Source of the DNA: Vibrio alginolyticus NBRC 15630 = ATCC 17749
Lineage (GTDB): Bacteria > Pseudomonadota > Gammaproteobacteria > Enterobacterales > Vibrionaceae
Direction: 5' to 3'
Length of the DNA: 32,000 nt
Assembly (NCBI RefSeq): GCF_000354175.2
Contig: NC_022349.1
Span: 2,220,001 to 2,252,000, forward strand
Shown here in pieces: positions 17,742-26,084 of this stretch. The position numbers were made by a program, and so were the translations under genes. Every line of letters starts with the position of its first letter. Position 1 is the first letter of the stretch. Below the pieces are notes generated by a model, which worked only from the letters and a program-made list of their open reading frames with translations, was not told where the DNA came from and did no database searches.

Positions 17742-18743
17742 TTAAGCCAAACCAACGTTACGAACCAGCTCTGCTGTGCGCGTTGCATAACCCATTTCGT
17801 TATCGTACCAAGCGTAAATCTTAACCATACGAGAACCCACAACCATGGTTGATTGCGCATCAACGATGGTTGAACGTTGGTCGCCTTTATAATCGATAGA
17901 AACTAAAGGACGCTCTTCGAAGCCAAGGATGCCTTTCAAATCACCTTCAGATGCTTCTTTTAACAGTGCATTCACTTCTTCTGCCGTGGTATCACGCTTC
18001 ACATCAAAAATGATGTCTGTTAACGATGCGTTTGCTAGAGGTACGCGAACCGCATGACCATTAATTTTGTCTTTTAATTCTGGGAAAATTTCGACAATCG
18101 CCTTCGCGCTACCCGTAGTGGTTGGGATAAGGCTCATGCCGCATGCTCTTGCACGGCGTAGATCTTTGTGTGGCGCATCCAAAATAGTTTGCGTATTCGT
18201 CAGGTCGTGAATGGTCGTAAAAGAAGATTGTTCGATACCCAATTTCTCATGAATGACTTTAACCACAGGTGCGATACAGTTAGTCGTACACGAAGCTGCT
18301 GTCACGATACGATGTTTTTCAGGGTCGAAAATATGGTCGTTCACGCCCACCACAATGTTCGCAATACCTTCTTCTTTCACAGGTGCGCTTACCACGACAC
18401 GTTTCACGCCTTGCTCTAGGTATTTGTTTAGGAATGATGTTTTGCGATGTACGCCTGTCGCTTCAATCACAACATCACAATCAGACCAGTTCACCGCATC
18501 GATATCGCGTTGTTGAGTCGTGGCAACACGCTTGCCGTTGATGACGAGCTCACTGCCTTCGACCTGAACTCCATGATGCCAACGACCTTGCACTGAATCG
18601 AATTCTAATAAGTGACCAAGCGTAGCTGCGTCACCTGCGACATCGTTGATTAACACAAACTCCAATTCTGGCCAATCAAATGCCGCTCGCAGCGCTAAGC
18701 GACCAATTCGGCCAAAGCCATTAATTCCTACTTTAATTGTCAT
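17742..18743 (-). CDS. gap: ArsJ-associated glyceraldehyde-3-phosphate dehydrogenase
   Basis: 333 aa with the Rossmann '[10 protein letters not shown]' and catalytic 'SCTTNC' motifs. It sits between arsR and arsJ. Confidence 0.95.
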   Translation of the reverse strand: MTIKVGINGFGRIGRLALRAAFDWPELEFVLINDVAGDAATLGHLLEFDSVQGRWHHGVQVEGSELVINGKRVATTQQRDIDAVNWSDCDVVIEATGVHRKTSFLNKYLEQGVKRVVVSAPVKEEGIANIVVGVNDHIFDPEKHRIVTAASCTTNCIAPVVKVIHEKLGIEQSSFTTIHDLTNTQTILDAPHKDLRRARACGMSLIPTTTGSAKAIVEIFPELKDKINGHAVRVPLANASLTDIIFDVKRDTTAEEVNALLKEASEGDLKGILGFEERPLVSIDYKGDQRSTIVDAQSTMVVGSRMVKIYAWYDNEMGYATRTAELVRNVGLA

Positions 18744-18785
18744 AGTTTTACCCTCTAATCTTCTACCTTGAATCTCTATTCGCTG

Positions 18786-19130
18786 TTAACAGCAAGCCTC
18801 ACGACTTTTATCGTGTAAGCGTGTGATGTCGTCTTGGTATTCCTGCTTCAAACAGTTTGATGCCACTAAGTCTTCAATTAACTTTCGCATCCAACCTGGT
18901 AATTGCTGTGATAACTCGTAATACACCCATTGCCCTTGGCGTTTATCCACCAAGATGCCACTGGATCGTAACTGAGCAAGATGACGAGAAACTTTCGGCT
19001 GGCTCTCTTGTAGAGCAAACGCCAAATCGCCAACGCAAGTTTCACCTTCACGGGCCACGAGCATTAAACAACGTACGCGTGTTTCATCGGATAACAGCTT
19101 AAAAAACTGATGTGGAAGCATAATGAACAT
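18786..19130 (-). CDS. arsR: ArsR/SmtB-family metalloregulator
   Basis: wHTH region 'LSDETRVRCLMLV...GDLAFALQESQPKVSRHLAQLRSSGIL'. An alternative ATG lies at 19121 (Met4). Confidence 0.85.
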   Translation of the reverse strand: MFIMLPHQFFKLLSDETRVRCLMLVAREGETCVGDLAFALQESQPKVSRHLAQLRSSGILVDKRQGQWVYYELSQQLPGWMRKLIEDLVASNCLKQEYQDDITRLHDKSREACC

Positions 19131-19275
19131 ACCTATATATGGATATGCGTATATGTTTATTTAATTAAGATATATCGTCAAGAGGAAACCGTCCATCGTC
19201 ATAAAAGTTTCACATCTAACGAACAGCTTGATTGTAAAGAGAGAGATTCAAAGAGATAAAAGATAAGACAAGAAA

Positions 19276-20499
19276 TTATGCAGTCGCGATGCTTTGACTC
19301 CAGCGAGCCGCTTCACCTAAGGAGAGCTTCACTTCCTCTAAAGGCAACCCCAATTGCATCGTGATTTTTTCAACCCCTGACCAATCGGCACGCTCGTAGC
19401 ACTCTTCGAGGGAAATAAGTGCACCATAAACCCCTTTGCGATGTAATAGCGCTTGTTGTACTGAATGACTAAGCGGTAACTGCCTAACTAAAGATTCCAC
19501 CGAAAGATCCAGCAGCGCATCTAGAATCGACAGCAAACCAACCATGAAACCTTGCTCGTTGAGGTGAGAGAATGGCTGATAGCGCGACATCAATTGGCAA
19601 AATTGAGCTCGTTGCAATGAAAGGTGATACAGCTCTCGAGGCTTGTTACTGGAGATATACGATGCCACAACCAAAGAGACAAACTGCTTAAGGTTATCCT
19701 GGCCAAGATAAATCAATGCCTGACGAAAAGAGCTGATTTCGACAGCCAAATTCGGCGCTTGCGTATTTACAAAACGCAATAATTTATATGACAACGCGAC
19801 ATCTTGCGTAATGATGGACTCGATACGAGTAAAGTCAGGCTCAGGAGCACAAACTTCACGAAACAGTTGCAATGCCAACACTTGCTCAGGACTGACGTAT
19901 TTAGTCTGCGAGACGAGTGGCTTGCTAAAAAAATAACCTTGGAAAAATTTAAAGCCAGCCGCTTTCGCTTGCTCAAACTCTTCTGCGGTTTCAACACGTT
20001 CTGCTAAAAAGTGGTATTTGACGCGTTTGGCAAGGTGTGTTTTGACCAGTTCACAGGCCTTTTCGAGCCCCATCGCCATAATGTCGAGCTTCACAATATG
20101 CACATATGGCAAAAAACGGCGCCATTCTGGTGTTAGGGTGAAGTCATCCAAAGCGATCAAGTAACCTTCTCGATAAAACTCACGAATCGCATCAAGAAGC
20201 TCATCCGTAGGTTGGCACGTTTCCAACACTTCGATGACAATTTTGTTTTTCGGCAAACTGCGCGGCAAACGTCGCACCAAGCTTTGATGAGGAAAGTTAA
20301 TAAAGCATCTAGAAGAGGCAATCACTGGGTTAGTACCCAGCGATAGGAAGTTTTCGACAATCAGTCGGTATGTCGCTCGATTTGAATCAATATGTGAAGG
20401 GTATGCGTTACTCTCCCCGTCTCGAAACAACAATTCATAACCCAGCGTCTGTCTTTTTCGGTTAAAGATCGGCTGGCGAGCGACATACGTTGTATTCAT
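19276..20499 (-). CDS. EAL-domain (c-di-GMP phosphodiesterase-type) plus HDOD-domain protein
   Basis: EAL residues are 'YELLFR', 'EVLE', 'ALDDF', 'VKLD', 'AERVET' and 'QGYFFSKP'. The C-terminal half is a helical, HDOD-like domain. Confidence 0.85.
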   Translation of the reverse strand: MNTTYVARQPIFNRKRQTLGYELLFRDGESNAYPSHIDSNRATYRLIVENFLSLGTNPVIASSRCFINFPHQSLVRRLPRSLPKNKIVIEVLETCQPTDELLDAIREFYREGYLIALDDFTLTPEWRRFLPYVHIVKLDIMAMGLEKACELVKTHLAKRVKYHFLAERVETAEEFEQAKAAGFKFFQGYFFSKPLVSQTKYVSPEQVLALQLFREVCAPEPDFTRIESIITQDVALSYKLLRFVNTQAPNLAVEISSFRQALIYLGQDNLKQFVSLVVASYISSNKPRELYHLSLQRAQFCQLMSRYQPFSHLNEQGFMVGLLSILDALLDLSVESLVRQLPLSHSVQQALLHRKGVYGALISLEECYERADWSGVEKITMQLGLPLEEVKLSLGEAARWSQSIATA

Positions 20500-20523
20500 G
20501 CTAAAGAAGGACCTATAAATGGC

Positions 20524-21141
20524 TTATGACTTTGCAGCTGCTAATAATGCACCACAACCCATGAACATTGAACCGAATACTTTGTTTATTTTTCCCATGA
20601 TTTTATCGGAGCGAATAAAGCGTCCCATTTGTGCTGCCAAGCTCGTGTAACCCAACATTACACACGCATCAATCACGACCGTAGTGACGCCAAGCACCAA
20701 CAGTTGCGTGATTTGGTCTTTTGCCGGGTCAATAAACTGCGGGAACAACGCCACCAGAAAAACAATCGATTTAGGGTTGGTGAGGTTAATTAACACTGCC
20801 TTGTACAACAGCGCCGTGCCTGACATCTCGTTGTGGTTTTCAGCTGCGACTAAGCTTGATGTGTCGCGCCATTTCTGAATCCCCAACCAAACCAGATAAG
20901 CAGCACCAACCCATTTAATGACAGAAAATGCGGTTGCTGACTGCGCGACAAGCGCACCAATACCCGCCCCCACCAGCGCGATGTGGATAACTAAACCAAT
21001 TTGTAAGCCAATAATGGCACCCAGTGATTTACGGGTACCGTAACTCAAACCATTACTGATTGAGTTCACCGTGCCAGAGCCCGGAGCCAAACTAAAAACG
21101 ATTGCTGTTACTACATAAGCTAACCAGACATGGGTATCCAT
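20524..21141 (-). CDS. rhtB: LysE/RhtB-family homoserine/homoserine-lactone efflux protein
   Basis: 205 aa, collinear with E. coli RhtB as I recall it ('LSPGSG', 'NLTNPKSIVFLVALFPQFI'). It is divergent from pldB, as in E. coli. Confidence 0.8.
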   Translation of the reverse strand: MDTHVWLAYVVTAIVFSLAPGSGTVNSISNGLSYGTRKSLGAIIGLQIGLVIHIALVGAGIGALVAQSATAFSVIKWVGAAYLVWLGIQKWRDTSSLVAAENHNEMSGTALLYKAVLINLTNPKSIVFLVALFPQFIDPAKDQITQLLVLGVTTVVIDACVMLGYTSLAAQMGRFIRSDKIMGKINKVFGSMFMGCGALLAAAKS

Positions 21142-21206
21142 TGCATTTCCTCACTAATTCTTCGATGATACATCGCGTAAACAACGTATCTTCAGGTAAT
21201 CAACTA

Positions 21207-22217
21207 ATGGCGACTAACCATTCACCTTTGACTTATACTCAAGAGACATTATTTGAGCAAGCAATTGGTGGTCCGATCGCAGCACTTTGGCAAACTCGCC
21301 AAGAGGGCTTTGTTAAAGGGACTGAGAAAAAGAACATTTACTGGTGCAAGCTAACCAACCCAGAGCATAAAAAAGCCGTGCTCATCGTAAATGGACGCAT
21401 TGAGTCTTCCTGGAAATACCAAGAGCTGTTTTACGATCTCTACCGCCAAGGTTTCGATGTCTATTCCTTTGACCACCGCGGACAAGGTTTATCAGATCGT
21501 TTATTATCTGACTCAGATATGGGTCACGTCTATGACTTTACTGATTATATTGATGATATGGACATCGTCGTAAAAAAACACGACCTTAGCGAATATCAAC
21601 AATGCTTCATCATCGCGCACTCTATGGGCGGCGCGATCGCCACACGTTACCTGCAAACTCACCCAGAACACCCTTTTACTGGTTTGATTCTAAGTGCGCC
21701 CATGTTTGGCATTAACCTGCCATGGTACCTATCACCAATAGCGATTCCGGTCACACAAATTATGTCAGCGGTATCGACTTTGCCACGCTATGCACCAGGA
21801 CATCAGGCCTACTTCCCTAAGCCCTTTGAAGATAACCCACTTAGCCAAAGTTACGGCCGCTACCAATGGTTCCGAAACCTATATACGGAAAAACCGGAAC
21901 TGCAAGTCGGTGGGCCAAGCACTCGCTGGGTTTGGCAAGGGCTCATGGCCGCTAAGCAGTGCTTTTTATTAACTCGCCAAGTCAAAATACCAGTAATCCT
22001 AATCCAAGCAGGAAACGATCGGATTGTTAGCAACCTCGCGCAAAAGCGTTTTATTGATAAATTGCGGAAAACCAACCCGCACGCGGAGCTGCTTTCCATC
22101 GAAGGCGCACAGCATGAAATCTTGTTCGAGACCGACAAGTATCGTAATCAAGCGCTCGATGCGATTTTCCGCTTTATGAATGACCCTAAATCGCCATCAA
22201 ACGAACAAGCACAATAA
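21207..22217 (+). CDS. pldB: lysophospholipase L2
   Basis: Alpha/beta hydrolase with the nucleophile elbow 'AHSMGG'. The start is set at the ATG at 21207, which gives 336 aa (the track start at 21102 would overlap rhtB). It precedes yigL, as in E. coli. Confidence 0.8.
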   Translation: MATNHSPLTYTQETLFEQAIGGPIAALWQTRQEGFVKGTEKKNIYWCKLTNPEHKKAVLIVNGRIESSWKYQELFYDLYRQGFDVYSFDHRGQGLSDRLLSDSDMGHVYDFTDYIDDMDIVVKKHDLSEYQQCFIIAHSMGGAIATRYLQTHPEHPFTGLILSAPMFGINLPWYLSPIAIPVTQIMSAVSTLPRYAPGHQAYFPKPFEDNPLSQSYGRYQWFRNLYTEKPELQVGGPSTRWVWQGLMAAKQCFLLTRQVKIPVILIQAGNDRIVSNLAQKRFIDKLRKTNPHAELLSIEGAQHEILFETDKYRNQALDAIFRFMNDPKSPSNEQAQ

Positions 22218-22461
22218 GAACTCTAGGCGACCATTTCACGACTAAGATTAAAGAGGAAATGTCTACACATCGATTTACCCTCTTTTTCATCCTCATTTTG
22301 GCGTACACTGCTTGAACTTGGCTACTTTGACACAGTGTTTAACCGCATAGTGCTACGGGCCCAAGTTCCCCCGCATTCGGAGCAGCACGATCTAGTCAGT
22401 CTGCTGTACTCCGTTTGCAATTCACCTGTTCCACACTATCCAAACCGTTTACGAGGACTTC

Positions 22462-23286
22462 ATGAGCACATCGCTACCTTGCAAAGAGATCACCAAAATC
22501 GTTGCCTCTGATCTGGATGGCACGTTACTCGCACCAAACCATCAGCTCAGTGCTTACTCAAAAGAGACGCTAAAAGCGCTGCATGAAAAGGGTTATACCT
22601 TTGTCTTTGCAACCGGCCGTCACCACGTAGACGTTGCGAGCATCCGTCGCCAAGTTGGCATTCCAGCTTATATGATCACGTCGAATGGTGCCCGAGTGCA
22701 TGACCAGGAAGATCAGCTAATGTACAGCGAGAATGTCCCTGCGGAACTGGTACAAGGCGTGATCGACACGATCAAACATGATCAAGAAATACTTATTCAC
22801 ATGTATCAAAATGATAGCTGGTTGATGAACAAGGATGATGAAACGTTACGTGACTTCCACGATGAATTCACTTACGTCTTATTTGATGAAGACCACGCCC
22901 CAACTGACGGTATTGCGAAAGTTTTCTTCACGCATCCAGGAGAAGACCACGAACGTTTGGTCGTATTTGAAAACAAACTACGTGAGCAGTTTGGTGATAA
23001 GCTGAACATCGCATTTTCAACGCCTTGGTGTTTGGAAGTAATGAGCGCTGGCGTGTCTAAAGGTCATGCTCTTGAAGCGGTAGCGAAAAAACTCGACCTC
23101 ACGTTAGAAAACTGCGTAGCATTTGGTGATGGCATGAATGACGTAGAAATGCTGTCGATGGCAGGTAAAGGGCTAGTTATGGGTACATCACACGAAAAAG
23201 TGATGAAAGCTCTACCAAATAATGAAGTAATTGGCAGCAATGCAGAAGATGCGGTTGCACACTACCTACAAGAACACTTGCTGTAA
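22462..23286 (+). CDS. yigL: Cof-type HAD-IIB sugar/pyridoxal phosphate phosphatase
   Basis: HAD motifs 'VASDLDGTLL', 'ATGR' and 'FGDGMNDVEM'. GAGGA SD. pldB-yigL synteny is preserved. Confidence 0.85.
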   Translation: MSTSLPCKEITKIVASDLDGTLLAPNHQLSAYSKETLKALHEKGYTFVFATGRHHVDVASIRRQVGIPAYMITSNGARVHDQEDQLMYSENVPAELVQGVIDTIKHDQEILIHMYQNDSWLMNKDDETLRDFHDEFTYVLFDEDHAPTDGIAKVFFTHPGEDHERLVVFENKLREQFGDKLNIAFSTPWCLEVMSAGVSKGHALEAVAKKLDLTLENCVAFGDGMNDVEMLSMAGKGLVMGTSHEKVMKALPNNEVIGSNAEDAVAHYLQEHLL

Positions 23287-23305
23287 GCTTCAATACTCCA
23301 AATAA

Positions 23306-23340
23306 TGAAGGGCTGCACATTCGCAGCCCTTCTCTTTTAT
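23306..23340. terminator. bidirectional terminator between yigL and the EVE gene
   Basis: Hairpin GAAGGGCTGC-acatt-GCAGCCCTTC is followed by T-rich sequence. Confidence 0.6.
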
Positions 23341-23807
23341 CGCTGACTTGGCAGCTTCTCTTTGCCAAGAATCGCGTCCCATTCTTCTTCTGTCACGGGC
23401 ATAATCGACAAGCGATTTCCACGTTTCACCAACGGCATGTTCTCAAGTTCTGGCATCGCTTTCATCACCGACAACGGAATCACTCGCGCCGTTTTACGTA
23501 CAAACTCTACATCCACCATAATCCAACGCGGGTTGTCTGGGTCTGACTTTGGATCGTAATAATCGCTTTCGGGATCGAATTGGAAATGATCGGGATAGGC
23601 TTCTCTCACAACTTTAGCAATACCTGCCACGCCAACATGTTTACAAGAAGAGTGGTAAATCAGGACTAAATCGCCCACCTTCACTTGGTCACGCATCATA
23701 TTGCGCGCCTGATAATTACGAACTCCCTCCCAACATGAAACCTTTTGGGTTCGAAGCGTGTCAATAGAAAAGGTATCTGGTTCAGTTTTAAATAACCAAT
23801 ATGCCAT
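23337..23807 (-). CDS. EVE (PUA-like) domain protein
   Basis: 156 aa from the ATG at 23807. 'MAYWLFKTEPDTFSI...WEGVRNYQARNMMRD...GDLVLIYHS' is the canonical EVE pattern. The longer track ORF (TTG at 23963) would overlap the divergent lipoprotein gene. Confidence 0.85.
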   Translation of the reverse strand: MAYWLFKTEPDTFSIDTLRTQKVSCWEGVRNYQARNMMRDQVKVGDLVLIYHSSCKHVGVAGIAKVVREAYPDHFQFDPESDYYDPKSDPDNPRWIMVDVEFVRKTARVIPLSVMKAMPELENMPLVKRGNRLSIMPVTEEEWDAILGKEKLPSQR

Positions 23808-23854
23808 AATGCCATCCGATGCCGATTGAGTAACAATAATGAGGAAGATATAAC

Positions 23855-25405
23855 ATGAAGGCTTTGAAAAACCCAGTGGCGCTTGCCACCCTGCTGGTTC
23901 TGCAAGCATGTAGTTCACAGTCGCCACAATCTGGTGCCGCTGACCTAACCTCTCCACCAGCAACCTTAGATAAGCCTGAAACCATTCAACCTCAAACTTT
24001 TATGCTACGCGGAAAAGTGATCGTCGGTCACGAGAGCCAATACATCATGCCTTGTGGCAGCGACAAGCAATATTGGTTGCAACTATCACCACAGCAAATG
24101 CAACGAGCAATTCAGTTAAATAACGAGCCTTACCAGACTATGTATGGCGAGGTTATCGGCCACCTCAACCCACCGGGCATCGATGGGTTTTCTGCTGATT
24201 TCGATGCTAACTTTGTAGTGGAACAAGTGAACTTCCTCACAACGGAAAACCCAAACCGTTGTCAGCAACCAAACAAACCAACTCGCGTGTTTGGTAATGA
24301 GCCTTCTTGGTCGGCAAGCTTTGAGGCTAATGGACTAACATTCCAGCAAATCGGCAAACAAACCACAAAATTAGCGATTAACAGCAGTCAGCTTCAACCT
24401 CGCCAGCGCACTTATCAACTGCAAGGTGGTGAGCTTCGCTTAACAGAAAACCTCTGCTCAGACACAATGAGCGATTCTTTATATGGCTGGAAAGCAACAC
24501 TAAAACATGATGGCGAGACGTATCAAGGTTGTGGTATGGCTGCAAACGTCGATGCAACGCTTGGCTGGGCTAATACCTATGTCGCGACCTCAACCCAATC
24601 ACAAGGCTTTGAAGTACAAATGACCTTAAACCCAGACCACAGCGCCACAACAAAATACCGTTACGCCAATGGACAAGCACCATTAATCGAGCGTGGTTAC
24701 TGGCAACAGTTAAGTCCGTCTCAGGTTCAAGTTGTCATGACGCATCATCAACAGCAAAGGCTAATGTCAGAGCGACTGTTTACTCGAGAAGGCAATCAGC
24801 TCAAAGCGACCAAAGAAAAAGTCGGTAACTTGGTATACCCAATCGCCGATGGTGGTTTAGTCCTTTATCCTGCCACCGTTCGTGATGAAGGCATCATGCA
24901 ACTAGCCGAAAAACGCACCAACAACCCCATCGGTAGTGCTGACGTCCCTTCTAGTGCAGAGTTTGATTCAAAAGTAGATGCCGCGGTGCGCAACTACTTC
25001 TTTATCCATCAAACCACCCCCAACAACAACCAATACCGTTGGCTAACTTACGACCTCAACAGCGATGGTAACGAAGAGCTATTGGTACAGTTGGATTGGT
25101 GTGGTTCCGGAGGCTGTACATTGCTGATATTTGAACATCACGAAAAGGAATGGCGATTTAATAGCCGCATTACACTAGTGCAAAGCCCGATTATGCTCGG
25201 CCAACAAACCTCTCATGGTTGGCGAGATCTGATTTTTAATGTCAGCGGTGGCGGAGCTAAAGCGGCTCAACATGTTATGCAATACACTGGGGTTAGCTAC
25301 CCACTCAACCCAAGCATGGCGCCAACGGCAACGCCAAACCAAGTCAGTGGTGTGCGTCTGTTCTCTGATGGGATAAGCCCGGTGCGAGAAGGAGTTCGTC
25401 TTTAA
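23855..25405 (+). CDS. large multi-domain lipoprotein of unknown function
   Basis: Lipobox 'LLVLQAC' (Cys19). It has a middle 'GNEPSWSA...LCSDTMSD...YQGCG' segment resembling COG3650-type domains and a C-terminal 'YDLNSDGNEELLV...CGSGGC' FG-GAP-like segment. The domain calls are tentative. Confidence 0.75.
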   Translation: MKALKNPVALATLLVLQACSSQSPQSGAADLTSPPATLDKPETIQPQTFMLRGKVIVGHESQYIMPCGSDKQYWLQLSPQQMQRAIQLNNEPYQTMYGEVIGHLNPPGIDGFSADFDANFVVEQVNFLTTENPNRCQQPNKPTRVFGNEPSWSASFEANGLTFQQIGKQTTKLAINSSQLQPRQRTYQLQGGELRLTENLCSDTMSDSLYGWKATLKHDGETYQGCGMAANVDATLGWANTYVATSTQSQGFEVQMTLNPDHSATTKYRYANGQAPLIERGYWQQLSPSQVQVVMTHHQQQRLMSERLFTREGNQLKATKEKVGNLVYPIADGGLVLYPATVRDEGIMQLAEKRTNNPIGSADVPSSAEFDSKVDAAVRNYFFIHQTTPNNNQYRWLTYDLNSDGNEELLVQLDWCGSGGCTLLIFEHHEKEWRFNSRITLVQSPIMLGQQTSHGWRDLIFNVSGGGAKAAQHVMQYTGVSYPLNPSMAPTATPNQVSGVRLFSDGISPVREGVRL

Positions 25406-26001
25406 TGTCTCAACCGTGTCCAACCTGCGGTTTTCAATTCAATTGTATGTGCTCGCTGATGCCGAAACTTACCAGTGAGCACAACATCCTGCTGTTAATG
25501 CATCCGAATGAACTGAAGCGTGATACTAATACCGGCCAGCTACTAGAGCAGTGCCAACTCAACATTGAGCGAGTAATCTGGGATCGCAAACAGCCACCAG
25601 CAGAATCGCTCACTCTATTAGCTGATCCGTCGCGGTATCCGGTGTTGCTCTTCCCCTGTGAAGAAAGTATCACACTCGAACATGTGGTACTCCAAAGCCA
25701 GCAACAAACCAAAACTCCGCTGTTTATTATTTTAGATGCCACCTGGCAAGAGGCGCGCAAGATGATCAATAAGAGCCGTTGGTTAGAAGGTATCCCTACG
25801 ATGGGATTGTCTGCGTCGGCGGACTCACAATATCAGCTGCGACGCAACCAACAACAAGGTAATTTGTGTACGTTTGAAGTCGCTGCACATTTGCTCGGGC
25901 AACTTGGAGAACAAAACAACCAACAACAAATGCAGCGCTTTTTTGCCCATTACCTCGCTCTGTTCCAAGCTGAAAAGAGTGGACACGCTCTTAAGCGTTA
26001 A
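25405..26001 (+). CDS. tapT: DTW-domain tRNA-uridine aminocarboxypropyltransferase-like protein
   Basis: N-terminal Cys cluster 'CPTCGFQFNCMC', and the motifs 'LLFP', 'ILDATWQEARKM' (DxTW) and 'YQLRR'. Its ATG overlaps the lipoprotein stop (TAATG). Confidence 0.85.
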   Translation: MSQPCPTCGFQFNCMCSLMPKLTSEHNILLLMHPNELKRDTNTGQLLEQCQLNIERVIWDRKQPPAESLTLLADPSRYPVLLFPCEESITLEHVVLQSQQQTKTPLFIILDATWQEARKMINKSRWLEGIPTMGLSASADSQYQLRRNQQQGNLCTFEVAAHLLGQLGEQNNQQQMQRFFAHYLALFQAEKSGHALKR

Positions 26002-26029
26002 ACATTAAGCTCAGTAGAAGAACCAAACA

Positions 26030-26058
26030 AAAAACGCAGCCTACGCTGCGTTTTTTAC
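26030..26058 (+). terminator. rho-independent terminator after the DTW gene
   Basis: Hairpin ACGCAGC-ctac-GCTGCGT is followed by T6. Confidence 0.7.
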
Positions 26059-26065
26059 GACAAGA

Positions 26066-26081
26066 AGTTTCACGTGAAACA
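26066..26081. other. parS: parS-like centromere site (ParB binding site)
   Basis: AGTTTCACGTGAAACA matches the 16-bp parS consensus TGTTNCACGTGAAACA at 15/16 positions. The inner 14 bp, GTTTCACGTGAAAC, form a perfect palindrome. The site is intergenic between convergent genes. Confidence 0.7.
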
Positions 26082-26084
26082 TCA

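Noticed and set aside
21102-21206. N-terminal extension of the pldB ORF
   Set aside because: It would overlap the divergent rhtB coding start by 40 nt. The ATG at 21207 gives a length close to that of E. coli PldB.
23808-23963. N-terminal extension (TTG start) of the EVE ORF
   Set aside because: The extension overlaps the divergent lipoprotein gene. The canonical EVE N-terminus 'MAYWLFKTEPD' starts at the ATG at 23807.
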